Source: Planctomycetota bacterium (GTDB lineage Bacteria; Planctomycetota; PUPC01; DSUN01). Taken from it: a stretch of DNA of 40,988 nt. The stretch is from NCBI GenBank assembly GCA_016872855.1, contig VGYV01000003.1:1-40988 (forward strand), given 5' to 3'. The notes beneath the pieces are model-generated. The model made no database searches and had not been told where the DNA came from. It saw nothing but the letters and a program-made list of their open reading frames with translations. Made by a program: the position numbers and the translations under genes. Below, piece after piece: positions 20,483 through 31,600 of this stretch. Positions within the stretch are counted from its first letter, which is position 1, and each line of letters begins with the position of its first letter.

Positions 20483-21542
20483 CGAACGGCAGCTAGGACT
20501 GGACACGGAGCAGCGGCACGGCCTTCTGGGCAAGGTGCGCCGCGGGCTGGGGATGTGGTGGCGCGGCGAGGCATCGCTCCGCCGCGTCGTCAACGCAGGG
20601 CTGTGCAACCTCTCGCTCCGCTGGCGCCTCAGCCGCGTCCTCGGCAGGCCATACTTCCTGATGATCGAGCCGACCAATGCCTGCAATCTCCGCTGCCCCC
20701 TGTGCCCCACGGGGCGCGGCACGCTGGGCCGCGAGGCTGCGTTCCTGCCCCTCGACCTCTTCCGGCGGTGCATCGCCGAGCTGGGCCGCACCCTCATCGA
20801 GGTCAACGTGTCCAACTACGGCGAGCCGATGATGCACAAGGACCTTCCCGCGATGATCGCCTGCGCGAAGGGGGCGGGCGCGCGCGTCTCCATCGGCTCC
20901 AACGGCCATTTCCTGAACGATGAGACGGCGCGAGAGCTTGTCGAGAGCGGCCTCGGCCTCATCTACATCTCCTTCGACGGCCTCGACCAGGCGACCTATG
21001 AGAAGTACCGCGTCCGCGGCCACTTCGACAAGGTCGTCGCGGGCGTCAAGTCCCTGCTCGCCCAGCGAAAGGCCCTCGGCAAGGCGAACCCCTTCGTCGA
21101 ACTCCAGTTCCTCGTGATGAAGCACAACGAGCAGCAGCTCGACGCCTTCCGCGCGCTCGCCGACGAGTTGGGCGCCGACCGCCGCGTCATCAAGCCCGTG
21201 AGCTTCAACGTCGCCGACTGGGATGACCCTGCCACCCAGGCGGCCTTCGGCGAGTTCTGCCCCGCAAGCGAGGAGTTCCAGGTGTATCGGCGGGAGGGCG
21301 AGGCCTGGCGCTGGAAGCGGGCCGAGCTGGCCTTCTGCACGGCCCCGTGGCGCTCGCTCACCGTGCTGGCCGACGGCTCGGTCGTGCCCTGCTGCCGCGA
21401 CCCGCGCGGCCACTACGCGATGGGCAACGTGAGCGACGGCGTGCTGCGGGTGTGGAACAACGCGCGCTTCCGCGCCTTCCGCAAGGCCCTCGCGCGCCGC
21501 CGCGGCCAGATGCCTATCTGCAAGGTCTGCCCCGGAGAATGA
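20475..21542 (+). CDS. Radical SAM protein with SPASM/twitch domain
   Basis: CNLRCPLC (CxxxCxxC), YGEP, CTAPW...DGSVVPCC and ICKVC. GTG at 20475 after GGAGG. Confidence 0.9.
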   Translation: MPDERQLGLDTEQRHGLLGKVRRGLGMWWRGEASLRRVVNAGLCNLSLRWRLSRVLGRPYFLMIEPTNACNLRCPLCPTGRGTLGREAAFLPLDLFRRCIAELGRTLIEVNVSNYGEPMMHKDLPAMIACAKGAGARVSIGSNGHFLNDETARELVESGLGLIYISFDGLDQATYEKYRVRGHFDKVVAGVKSLLAQRKALGKANPFVELQFLVMKHNEQQLDAFRALADELGADRRVIKPVSFNVADWDDPATQAAFGEFCPASEEFQVYRREGEAWRWKRAELAFCTAPWRSLTVLADGSVVPCCRDPRGHYAMGNVSDGVLRVWNNARFRAFRKALARRRGQMPICKVCPGE

Positions 21543-21562
21543 GAGCCGAATGCCCGATTGGC

Positions 21563-21656
21563 AATCCGTAATGCGTAATTCGTAATCCGTAACAGGACAA
21601 GAAAAGACCTGGCCTTTTGCTCTCTTCTGGTTACGGATTACGGATTACGGATTACG
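21563..21656. repeat. Inverted heptamer arrays (AATCCGT / ACGGATT), intergenic
   Basis: aatccgt aatgcgt aattcgt aatccgt / gttacgg attacgg attacgg attacg. Confidence 0.88.
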
Positions 21657-21672
21657 CGATACGGACACAGCA

Positions 21673-22620
21673 ATGAACGATACGGTCCTGCCACCTGTTT
21701 CAGTGGTGGTCGCAGCCTACAACTCGCGCGACACGATGGCCCGCTGCATCGAGGCCCTTCAGAAGCTCGATTACCCCAGCTTCGAGATCATCGTGGTGGA
21801 CAATGCTTCCACCGACCACACGCGCGCCATCGCCAGCCGCTTCCCCGTGAAGGTGCTCGACGAGCCGCGCCGCGGCTGGCCCGCCGCACGCAACCGCGCG
21901 TGGCACTGGTCGAAGGCAGCATTCGTGGCGAACATTGACGCCGATTGCTTCGCCGAGCCGCAATGGCTGCGCGAGCTGGTCGCCGCACTCCTGGCCGACC
22001 CCGGGGCTGGCTGCGCCGTCGGCCGCACCCACGTCGAGCCGGGCAAGACCCTCGCCGAGCAGCACTACGCGGCCTGCGACCCGTTCAACATCGAGAAATA
22101 CGTGCAGGGCACGGAGCGGGCCTTCGGGCGGGCCTGCCCCTGGGGCGGGGGGAACAACTGCTTCCGCCGCGAGGTGCTCGAGGCCGTCGGCGGCTACGAC
22201 GCCGAGACCTACACCTCGGGCGCCGACCGCGAATACCACAAGCGCTTCGAGGGGGCCACGGGCCTCCGCACCGTCTACGCCCCGAAGGCCGTCATCTGGC
22301 ACGTCGCGCGCGGCTCCGTGCGCGAGCTCTTCCGCAACGCCGCCAAGTACGCCGCCGACGGCGTGGTCCAGGCTCAGTCTGACCCGAGCGTCGCGACGTA
22401 CCTGCGCGGCTACGTGCGGCGGAACGTGGGCTACATCGCCCGCAACGCCGCGGGCCTCGCCTGGCGGGCCGCCAGGTTCCTGGTCGGCTGCGAGACGCGC
22501 CTCCGCGTCGCCCGGCCCTTCTTCTACAGCGTGCAGGAGCTTGGCTCAATCTGCGGCTACTACCGCGGCCGCCGCCGAGTCCGCGCGTTGGCGAGGGAAA
22601 GCAGAGTCAAGGTAAAATGA
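21673..22620 (+). CDS. Glycosyltransferase family 2
   Basis: VSVVVAAYN, VDNASTD, ARN, IDADC, GGYD. Confidence 0.9.
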   Translation: MNDTVLPPVSVVVAAYNSRDTMARCIEALQKLDYPSFEIIVVDNASTDHTRAIASRFPVKVLDEPRRGWPAARNRAWHWSKAAFVANIDADCFAEPQWLRELVAALLADPGAGCAVGRTHVEPGKTLAEQHYAACDPFNIEKYVQGTERAFGRACPWGGGNNCFRREVLEAVGGYDAETYTSGADREYHKRFEGATGLRTVYAPKAVIWHVARGSVRELFRNAAKYAADGVVQAQSDPSVATYLRGYVRRNVGYIARNAAGLAWRAARFLVGCETRLRVARPFFYSVQELGSICGYYRGRRRVRALARESRVKVK

Positions 22621-22690
22621 TTGCGCGGTAAAATGATAGGAAGAAGATCAGGCTTCTGGACCCTGTCATTCTACCCGGGATCATTTTGCC
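22611..22690. repeat. Inverted ~16-nt doublet (GGYAAAATGAT / ATCATTTTGCC)
   Basis: Two direct units followed by two reverse-complement units; second copy at 24017-24100. Confidence 0.8.
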
Positions 22691-22693
22691 TGT

Positions 22694-24028
22694 TTGCGCC
22701 TTCAGCCGAGGGAATCAGGGATCAACACGCCGGCTGTCGTCCTCTACATGAGCTACCTCGGCCTCGGGCTGGTGCGCGCCCTGGGGCGTGAGGGCGTGCG
22801 CGTCTTCGCACTTGACCCGCACCGCGATGCCCTGGGCATGAACTCCCGCTACTGCACGCCCGTCGTGACCCCCGACATCGTAGCCCGCCGCTCCGCGGCG
22901 GAATGCTGCCGCGTCGGAGACGCGGACCACGCCAAGGAGAGCGAAGCGCGCTACCTGGAGTTCCTGCTCGACTTCGGCCGCCGGCTGCCGCAGAAGGCCG
23001 TGCTCTATCCCACGGGCGACCCAACAGTGGTGCTCCTCTCGCGCGAGCGCGCGGCCCTGTCGCAGTACTATCACTTCGTCATGCCCGACCACGCGACGGC
23101 GCTGAAGCTGCTGACAAAGGACGGCTTGGACGCCGCGGCTCGGGAGCACGGCATCCCTGCTCCGCGCACCGTCATCCCCGCCGACCGCGCGGGGGTGGAG
23201 GCCGCGGCGCGCGAACTCCAGTTCCCCGTCCTCCTCAAGCCCGCCGAGAGCCACGCCTGGAAGGCCCCTGAGGTCGTCCGCCTCATAGGGGTGGGCACGA
23301 AGGTCATTCCCTGCGCCTCGCAAGGGGAACTGCTCGCCCGGTACGACACCCTCTGTGAGTGCAGGACTGAAATCGGAAATCGGAAATCGGAAATCGGAAA
23401 CCAGCCGAGGGTGATCATCCAGGAGATGATCCCTGGTGAGGACGAGCGTCTGGTCTACTGCTGCTTCTACGTCGGGCGGGGCGGCGAGCCGCTGGGCGTG
23501 TTCGCGGGGCGGAAGCGCCGCGTGCTGCCGCCCGGCCTCGGCTCGGCCAGCTTCGCCGAGAGCATGGCCGACCCCGCGCTCACCGACGTCACGCTGCGGC
23601 TCCTCCGCGCCGTGGGCTACCGCGGCCTCGGAGGGGTCGAGTTCAAGCTCGACCCGCGCGACAACACTTACAAGCTCATCGAGTTCAACGCCCGCTTCGG
23701 CCTTTGGGACGCGCTGGGCGCCCGCTGCGGGGTGAACCTGGCGCACATTGCGTGGCGGGACGCGCAGGGGTCGCCCGTCGAGCCGCGGCTCCGCTGCCGG
23801 ACGGGCGTGAAGTGGGTCTCGATGCAACGGGACCTGTCGGCGTTCCGGCTCTACCGTCGGCAGGGCAAGCTGAGCACGTGGCAGTGGCTCCGCTCGCTCG
23901 CTGGCGAGAAGATGTGGGCCGTCCTCGCGTGGGACGACTTGGCCCCCTTCCTCTCCACCGCCCCCAGCTATCTGTGGGGCCTTTTGGCGCCGAGGCTTGG
24001 GCTGCGAAGAGGTCGTAAGGCAAAATGA
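22694..24028 (+). CDS. ATP-grasp carboxylate-amine ligase (D-aspartate ligase-like)
   Basis: GLGLVRALG, SRY, FPVLLKP, IQEMIPG, VEFKLDPRD, IEFNAR. Start uncertain. Confidence 0.85.
   Translation: MRLQPRESGINTPAVVLYMSYLGLGLVRALGREGVRVFALDPHRDALGMNSRYCTPVVTPDIVARRSAAECCRVGDADHAKESEARYLEFLLDFGRRLPQKAVLYPTGDPTVVLLSRERAALSQYYHFVMPDHATALKLLTKDGLDAAAREHGIPAPRTVIPADRAGVEAAARELQFPVLLKPAESHAWKAPEVVRLIGVGTKVIPCASQGELLARYDTLCECRTEIGNRKSEIGNQPRVIIQEMIPGEDERLVYCCFYVGRGGEPLGVFAGRKRRVLPPGLGSASFAESMADPALTDVTLRLLRAVGYRGLGGVEFKLDPRDNTYKLIEFNARFGLWDALGARCGVNLAHIAWRDAQGSPVEPRLRCRTGVKWVSMQRDLSAFRLYRRQGKLSTWQWLRSLAGEKMWAVLAWDDLAPFLSTAPSYLWGLLAPRLGLRRGRKAK
22880..22930. repeat. 51-nt inverted REP doublet with GTAG/GTGG leaders, in-frame
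   Basis: gtagcccgccgctccgcggcgg / ccgcgtcggagacgcggaccac; exactly 17 codons, VARRSAAECCRVGDADH. Confidence 0.8.
23369..23400 (+). repeat. (GAAATCG)4 heptamer array, in-frame
   Basis: Encodes EIGNRKSEIGN just before IIQEMIPG. Confidence 0.88.
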
Positions 24029-24100
24029 TTGAGCGGCAAAATGATAAGATGGGAATCAGGGTCCGGATTCCTATCATTTTGCCCGCAATCATTTTGCCTT
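24017..24100. repeat. Inverted GGCAAAATGAT doublet
   Basis: aaggcaaaatgattgagcggcaaaatgata / tatcattttgcccgcaatcattttgcctt. Confidence 0.85.
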
Positions 24101-24137
24101 CTATCTGCTTGCCGCTTGCAGGCTTGGAGCATTGCCG

Positions 24138-25568
24138 TTGAGAGTCGCACTGATCCAGCCGCCGATGGATTCGGACTACCCGCCCCTGAGCCTCGGCTCG
24201 CTCGCGGCCTATCTGGCGGCGAAGGGGCACGAGCCGCGCATCTTCGACCTCCAGGTGCCGGCCCAGCGGGCCGCCTGGCCCGGCTCGCTGGCGGAGTTCG
24301 AGCCCCGCCTTGTCGGCGTGACGGCCATGACCCCCACCATCGCGGCCGCGGCCGAGGTGGGCCGCGCGTGCAAGCAGGCGGCGCCCGACGCCACGCTTGT
24401 CCTCGGCGGCTATCACGTGAGCTTCCTGCCCGAGGAAACGATGCGGCGCTACCCCGCCTTCGACCTCGGCGTCGTTGGCGAGGGCGAGGTGACGCTGGCC
24501 GAGCTTTGCGACCGCCTCGAGGCCAGCCAGTCGCCTGAGGGAATCGCGGGCCTTGTCTGGCGGACCGATTGCAGATTGAAATCTGAAATCGGCAATCTGA
24601 GATCTGAAATCGCTCTGGGCCCGCCCCGCGAGCGAATTCGGGACCTCGACAGCCTGCCCTGGCCCCACGAGCACTACGACCTCGACCACTATCTGTGGTA
24701 CGGGGGCTACACTGGGCGCTGGACCTTCAAGTGCGCGAGCGCCATCGTCTCGCGCGGCTGCCCGTTCCGCTGCCGTTTCTGCGCCTCGCAGCGGTTCTGG
24801 TCCCACCGCTACCTCGTCGTCTCGCCCGAGCGCGTGGTGGACGAGATGCGGTGGCTGGCCCGCCACGGCGCGCGGAGCGTGTACTTCCGCGACAGCACGT
24901 TCAACGTCAACAGGAAATGGCTCCGCGAGTTCTGCGCGGCCAAGGGGCGGGCGGGCGTGAAGATGCGGTGGCTGTGCAACAGCCGGGTGGACACGCTGGA
25001 CGAAGAGCAGCTTGCCCTGATGGCCGAGGCGGGCCTCGAAGCGCTCTACTTCGGCGTCGAGAGCGGCAGCCAGCGCATCCTCGACTACTACGGCAAAGGC
25101 GTCACCGTCGAGCAGACCCGCGAGGCATTCCGCCTCTGCCATAGGCACGGCGTCGCCACGGCAGCCTACTTCATGATTGGCGCGCCCATCGAGACCCGGG
25201 CCGACATCGAGGAGAGCCGCAAGCTCGCCTACGAGCTGCGGGCGAAGTACACCTACTGGTTCATCTACACCCCGCTGCCGGGCGCCCCGCTCTACGACGA
25301 CTTCATCGAGCGGGGCTACAAGCCGGACTTCGAGCACTTCGTCTTCAGCCGCGCGACGATTCCCGTGGGCGACCTGGCCCCCGAGGAGCTGGAGGCCCTT
25401 CACCACGAACTCGTCGCCGAGTTCCGGCGGAAGGCCACGCGGGGCGAGGTCTGGCGCCGACGCTGGGAGATCCTCCGCTCGGTCCGCTCCTGGCGCGACG
25501 TGCGGCATCTGGGCCGCAAGCTCGCGCGACGGATCGGGCTGGGTGGTCGGGGACAAGTCGAGGGTTGA
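24138..25568 (+). CDS. Cobalamin-dependent (class B) radical SAM protein
   Basis: N-terminal B12-binding domain (PPLSLG, LGGYH, GEGE), SRGCPFRCRFC, GVESG. TTG at 24138 after GGAG. Confidence 0.92.
   Translation: MRVALIQPPMDSDYPPLSLGSLAAYLAAKGHEPRIFDLQVPAQRAAWPGSLAEFEPRLVGVTAMTPTIAAAAEVGRACKQAAPDATLVLGGYHVSFLPEETMRRYPAFDLGVVGEGEVTLAELCDRLEASQSPEGIAGLVWRTDCRLKSEIGNLRSEIALGPPRERIRDLDSLPWPHEHYDLDHYLWYGGYTGRWTFKCASAIVSRGCPFRCRFCASQRFWSHRYLVVSPERVVDEMRWLARHGARSVYFRDSTFNVNRKWLREFCAAKGRAGVKMRWLCNSRVDTLDEEQLALMAEAGLEALYFGVESGSQRILDYYGKGVTVEQTREAFRLCHRHGVATAAYFMIGAPIETRADIEESRKLAYELRAKYTYWFIYTPLPGAPLYDDFIERGYKPDFEHFVFSRATIPVGDLAPEELEALHHELVAEFRRKATRGEVWRRRWEILRSVRSWRDVRHLGRKLARRIGLGGRGQVEG
24567..24612 (+). 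repeat. Heptamer array (GATTG../..AATC), in-frame
   Basis: Encodes DCRLKSEIGNLRSEI between GLVWR and GPPR. Confidence 0.8.
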
Positions 25569-25578
25569 AAGGAGGCGG

Positions 25579-25666
25579 GGATGAATGGATGTATGGATGA
25601 ATGGATGAGTGCCAGAGCGCGTGCGGGTTCTGACATTCATCCATTCATCCACCCATCCAACCATCC
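25579..25666. repeat. Inverted octamer array, intergenic
   Basis: ggatgaat ggatgtat ggatgaat ggatgagt / cattcatccattcatccacccatccaaccatcc. Confidence 0.88.
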
Positions 25667-25681
25667 CCCTGGGGCTTTGGA

Positions 25682-27151
25682 ATGCGCGTGACGCTGGTGC
25701 AGCCTGACACGGGCGGGAGCTACCCGCCGCTGAGCCTGGGCTATCTGGCGGCCTACGTGGCCGCGCGGGGACACGAGGCGCGGATACTCGACCTCCAGGT
25801 GCCCGCGCAGCAAGCGCGCTGGGAACAACTCCTCGTCGAGTCGCGGCCGGACCTCATCGGCTTCACTGCCCTCACCCCGAGCATCCGCGGCGCGGGCGAG
25901 CTGGCCGCCCGCGCGCGCGAGCTGGTCCCGACCGCGAAGCTCATCGTCGGCGGCTTCCACGCCTCGATGGAGCCCGAGCAGACGCTCCGCGATTACCCCG
26001 CCTTCGACTACCTGTGCATAGGCGAGGGGGAGGAGACCCTCGCCGAGCTGTGCGAACGCCTCGATGCGGGCCGCTCGCCGGAGGGCGTCGCGGGGTTGGT
26101 GTGGCGTCGCGATTGTGGATTGGGGATTGCGGATTGCGGATTGAAATCGGAAATCGGAAATCGGAAATCGGAAATCGAGTTTGGGCCGCCCCGCGGGCGC
26201 ATCCTGGACCTCGATGCGCTGCCCCGGCCCCACGCCTTCTACGATCTGGATTACTACTTGGAGGCGGGCAGCTTCACCTACCAGTACGGCTACCGCTGCG
26301 CGTCGGTCATCGCGTCGCGCGGCTGCCCGTTCCGCTGCCGGTTCTGCTCGATCCCGGGCAAGTATGTCCACCAGTCGCCCGAGCGTCTGGCGGATGAGAT
26401 CGGCGAGCTGCTGGCGCGGGGGGCCGACGGCGTGTTCTTCCGCGACAGCACGTTCACGATCAACCGGGACTGGGTGCTGGCCTTCTGCGACGTCGTGCGG
26501 CAGCGGCGGATGCAGTTCCACTGGATCGCCAATGCCCGCCCTGACCTGGTGGACGCCGAGCTGCTGGCCGCGATGAAGCGGGCGGGCTGCTTCGCCCTCT
26601 GCTACGGCGTCGAGAGCGGGCGCGACCACGTGCTCGACTACTACGGCAAGGACCACACGGTGGCTGACACCCGCCGCGCCGTGGCGGCGACGAAGCGGGC
26701 CGGCATCCGCGTCGTCGCCTACCTCATGCTCGGCGCGCCCATCGAGACGCGGGCCGACATCGAGGCGAGCGTGGCCCTCGCCCGCGGACTAGGCGCCGAG
26801 CGCACCATCTGGAAAATCTTCGCCCCGCTCCCCGGCTGCGAAATCTACAACGAGCTGAAGGCCAAGGGGGTGAAGCTGGATTTCGACGCCATCCGCACCG
26901 ACCGGGCATCATACCCCCTGGCCGACATGACGGAGGCGGAGATCGAGGGGCGCTTCCGCGAGCTACAGCGTGAGTTCGCTTACGCACGCGACAGCCGCCT
27001 GCGCGTCTTCTGGCGCCAGCTCCGCCGCGTCCGCTCCCCCCGCGACGCCTGGCGCCTGGCCCGCCGCGTTTGTAGTTCCGCGTTCACGCGGTCTTCCCAG
27101 AAGCCGCCTGAAGGCCGAACTACGAACGCGGGGCGCAGTGGAGGGGACTGA
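25682..27151 (+). CDS. Cobalamin-dependent (class B) radical SAM protein, paralog of 24138-25568
   Basis: YPPLSLG, GGFH, GEGE, SRGCPFRCRFC, FRDSTF, GVESG. Confidence 0.92.
   Translation: MRVTLVQPDTGGSYPPLSLGYLAAYVAARGHEARILDLQVPAQQARWEQLLVESRPDLIGFTALTPSIRGAGELAARARELVPTAKLIVGGFHASMEPEQTLRDYPAFDYLCIGEGEETLAELCERLDAGRSPEGVAGLVWRRDCGLGIADCGLKSEIGNRKSEIEFGPPRGRILDLDALPRPHAFYDLDYYLEAGSFTYQYGYRCASVIASRGCPFRCRFCSIPGKYVHQSPERLADEIGELLARGADGVFFRDSTFTINRDWVLAFCDVVRQRRMQFHWIANARPDLVDAELLAAMKRAGCFALCYGVESGRDHVLDYYGKDHTVADTRRAVAATKRAGIRVVAYLMLGAPIETRADIEASVALARGLGAERTIWKIFAPLPGCEIYNELKAKGVKLDFDAIRTDRASYPLADMTEAEIEGRFRELQREFAYARDSRLRVFWRQLRRVRSPRDAWRLARRVCSSAFTRSSQKPPEGRTTNAGRSGGD
26111..26177 (+). repeat. 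Heptamer array (GATTGNG then GAAATCG), in-frame
   Basis: Encodes DCGLGIADCGLKSEIGNRKSEI between GLVWR and GPPR. Confidence 0.88.
27068..27127. repeat. Family C REP doublet within the C-terminal coding region
   Basis: gtttgtagttccgcgttcacgcgg / ccgcctgaaggccgaactacgaac; encodes VCSSAFTR..PPEGRTTN. Confidence 0.8.
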
Positions 27152-27152
27152 G

Positions 27153-28130
<978 letters not shown>

Positions 28131-28139
28131 GGACATTTG

Positions 28140-28241
28140 ATAAGGAAGGCAGGAATGCAGGAAAAGAGAAGAGGCATCGGGCCGCGGAGCGTACCGGCCA
28201 AGCCGGTTTCCCCTCCTTTCCTGCCTTCCTGCATTCCTTAT
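28140..28241. repeat. Inverted nonamer array (GCAGGAAKG), intergenic
   Basis: ataaggaaggcaggaatgcaggaaa / tttcctgccttcctgcattccttat. Confidence 0.85.
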
Positions 28242-28265
28242 AGGTCCTCTTGATGAGGCTTCGCG

Positions 28266-28691
28266 ATGATGGGGCCGGCGACGCATTTCCTTTTCGGCAT
28301 GCTGTGCGGGGCGGCGATTGGCGGGGTGGCCACGGCGCTGCGCCGCCGATGGCTCGCCTGGCTGCCCGCGTTCATCCTCGCCTGCGGCTTCTGGGCCGAG
28401 GTGCCGCTCCTCCTCGGCGCGCGCGACGCCACGCACCCGCTGGCCAATGTGTTCTTCGGCTACGCCTGGCTGCACCCCTGGCTCGAGGCCGACGAGGTGA
28501 CAGCTTTCTTCTTCGTCCTCGGCCTGGCCAACCTGATGCTCCTGGGGTGCCTGGCCTTCCTGAGCCGCTTCTTTGCCGCGGTGGACATGGTGCGGTGGGA
28601 ACGAAATCCGCCCCCATCGCCTCGGAGCAAACGGCGCCGGCGCCAACGCGAAACTCGAAACCCGAAACTCGAAACTCCCCGGAGGGGGTGA
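28266..28691 (+). CDS. Small membrane protein, similar to the N-terminus of the next gene
   Basis: Three hydrophobic segments; HFLFGM..WLAWLP..ANVFF..WL. Heptamer array (CGAAACY)4 at 28649-28676 in the tail. Confidence 0.7.
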   Translation: MMGPATHFLFGMLCGAAIGGVATALRRRWLAWLPAFILACGFWAEVPLLLGARDATHPLANVFFGYAWLHPWLEADEVTAFFFVLGLANLMLLGCLAFLSRFFAAVDMVRWERNPPPSPRSKRRRRQRETRNPKLETPRRG

Positions 28692-28698
28692 CGCGGCG

Positions 28699-31600
28699 AT
28701 GCCCATGCCCCAGGTGCACTTCGCGGTCGGCATGGGGGCGGCGGCGCTCCTGGGCCTGCCCATGCTCCTCTGGCGCCGCCGCTGGCTCCTCTGGCTCCCG
28801 CTGCTGATGACCCTGTGCGGCGGGGTGGCCCTGCTGCCCGACGTGGTGACGCGGGGGAGGGATTTCCTGGCCGGGCCGGGGCACGGGCGGGGACATGGCC
28901 CGGCGGCCAACGCCCTCTTCCTGCACACGTGGCTCGACCGGCAGCCGGCGCTCTGCACGCGGGCGGCGTCGGACCTAGCGTTCCAGGCCGTGGCGCTGAT
29001 GTACCTCGCGTGCGCCGTCGGCTACGCAGGCTTCCTGCGCTGGGGCCTCCCGCGAATGGCCGAGGCCGAGGAGGCCCTGGCGCGCCTACGGCGCGAGACG
29101 GCGAGCTACCGCGCCGTGGCCCCCTTCGTGGGTGTCCTGCCGCTCCTCGTGGCCGGCGCCGCGGTGGTCTGGATGCTCTGGCCCGCGCGGCACAGGGAGG
29201 CAGAGGGTCCACAGGCGCTCGACGCGGGGCAGTGGGCGCAGCTCGTCTCACGGCGCATGGGCGTCTCCCCGGGCCAGCGGCTCGGCATCGTCCACGCCGC
29301 GTGGGACCGCGAGGGCGCATGGCTGTGCGGCGACCTGGGGGCGATGGTGGCACCCGGCGGGCCCAGCGTGGCCGAGCTTGTCGAACAGGCCAAGGCAAAC
29401 GGCTGCGACTTCGTGGCGCTGCTCGATAGCGCAGGCCCTGCCGGCCTGGCGGCGGCGCGACAGAAGCACCCCGACATGGCCCTCGTGGCGGGCCTGGTGT
29501 GGGACGCGCCGACGAAGCGAGGGGCCACACAAACCGTCGTGCTGCTGCCGCCGCAGCCGCGCGAGGCCGAGGCGCTGGCTGACTTCCGCCGGCGGTTCGC
29601 CCGCCCGGGGGTCTCGGCGGAGGAGGCCCTGCGATGGCTCGACGCCCACGCCGCCTCGCCCAAGGCCCAGCCCGTGGTTCTTGCCTGCCCATGCGCCGGC
29701 GGGGAGGGCTGGCCCGACCTGTTCTCGTGGCGGCGGACGAATGGGCTGTTCGTCGGCTTCCTGGGTCTCCCGGGCGCCGAACGCCTGTCGGCCCGCGATG
29801 CGCGCAGCCAGTGGGACCCTCGCGTGGCAACGGTGGGCGGCGCGTGGGACGGGTTTCTCGACCGCGGCTTCGGCCTGTGGGGCGCGGCGACCGCCTCGGG
29901 CTTGGGGGCGAAAAGGGGACAGGCACCTTTTCCCCAGGCGGAAAAGGAGCCAGTCCCCTTTTCCCCAGGCGAGTTCGCTCGCACCCACGTGTGGTGCCGC
30001 GGGCGCGGGCCTGAGGCCGTGTTGGAGGGCCTCCGCGGCGGCTGCGCCTGGGCCGTCGAGGGCGCCATCGTGCGCGCCCTGGACTTCGGGGTCATCGCCC
30101 CCACGCTCGAGCGCCCCGCGCGCATGGGCGAGGTGGCCCGCGTGGCGCCCGGCGACGAGGTGACTGTCGAGCTTGACCTTGATGTGCCGCCCACCGACTT
30201 CGCCGGGCGGCCCAACCAGCTCGACGAGGTGGAGCTGGTGTCGAACTTCGACGGCGATGCGGAGGTTGTGGCGCGCTTCCGCAACGTGCGGGAGCAGCGC
30301 CGCATCGTCCACCGCCTGCCGCCCGCCGCCGACAACAACGGCGGCCTCGGCTTCTACGTCCGCGCACGCGGCTGGCGACGCCTGGGCGACGACGCCAAGC
30401 TGTGCTTCTACACCAACCCCATCCGCGTCCTCGTGCGGGCCGGGCTGCCGCCGCCAACGCCCGTCGCCGCACCCGTCCGCGTCGCCGGTGGCACAGGCAT
30501 CCCGCCTGTGGCCCCGCCCACCCCGCCGCCCACAGGCAAGATGCCTGTGCCACCGGTCTCTCCGCCCGCAGCGGACGACGTGCGGGCCAGGCTCGCCGCC
30601 ATCGGCCTCCCGCCGAGCGTGCAGCCCATCCGCGTCGAGACGTTTCAGAAGCCGCCCGGCCGCCAGTGGCGCGGCGCCCACGTGAGCATCATTGGCGACC
30701 GCGGCCCCGCCCTGGCCGACGAGGAGCTGCGCGTCGAGCTCCTCCAGCGCATCCCCCTGGGCGAGGCCACGCGCCTGTTCTTCCGGTGCTACGCTGTGGA
30801 CTGCCCCCGCCTGGCCCTCGTGGCGCGCCCAGGCGGCGGAGGCGCCCCGGGCCAGGCCGCGCGCGAGCTGCCTGACCGCCAGTGGGTCGCGTTTGACCTC
30901 GCCTTCGGCGACGATCTCCTGCCCCTCCGCGCGGCCGCGGCCCGCCTCCGCCCGCCCGCCGAGGTCCAGGCCATCGAGTGGACCGCTGCGCGCCTGGGGC
31001 CGCTCTCCCGGTTCTACATCACCGACGTCGCGGTTTACGACCCCACGCCCGCCAGCCATCAGGAGCTGGCCCTGCGGCAGGCGGTGGAGTTGGACGCGGC
31101 GCTGCGCGAGACCGGCGGCCGAAGCGCTGCCCCCTCCGCCCGCCAGCGGGCCGAGGCCGCCCTCGGCCGCCTCGCCGCCTGGCGCGCGCGCCTCGACCCC
31201 CGCAAGGACCCCCTCGGCGCGGAGGACCTCGCCGCCGCACGCCGCGACCTGGCCACGCTGGCCGACGAGGTGCAACGCCTCCGCTGGCACGACGCAATGG
31301 CGCGCACCTTCGCCCTCCCCGACCCCAGGTTCGCCGTCACCTTCGCCCCGCCCGGCCAGCGCATCTCGGCGCGGAACCCCGCCTTCCGCCCGACCGTCCA
31401 GGTCGCCCGCTCGGGGGAGCTCGCCGCCGCAGGCGGCGAGGCCGAGAGCGTCCAGCTCGCCGTCGTCGCTCTCTGGGACAACCTCGAGGCCGTCGCCGTC
31501 GAGGTCTCCTCCTTCCTCCCGGTCGCGGGTGGCACGGCTGGCTTGCCCAGCCGTGGCGAGCCCGCGGCCGTCTCGCCCTCGCTGGCCCTCGTGGACGAGG

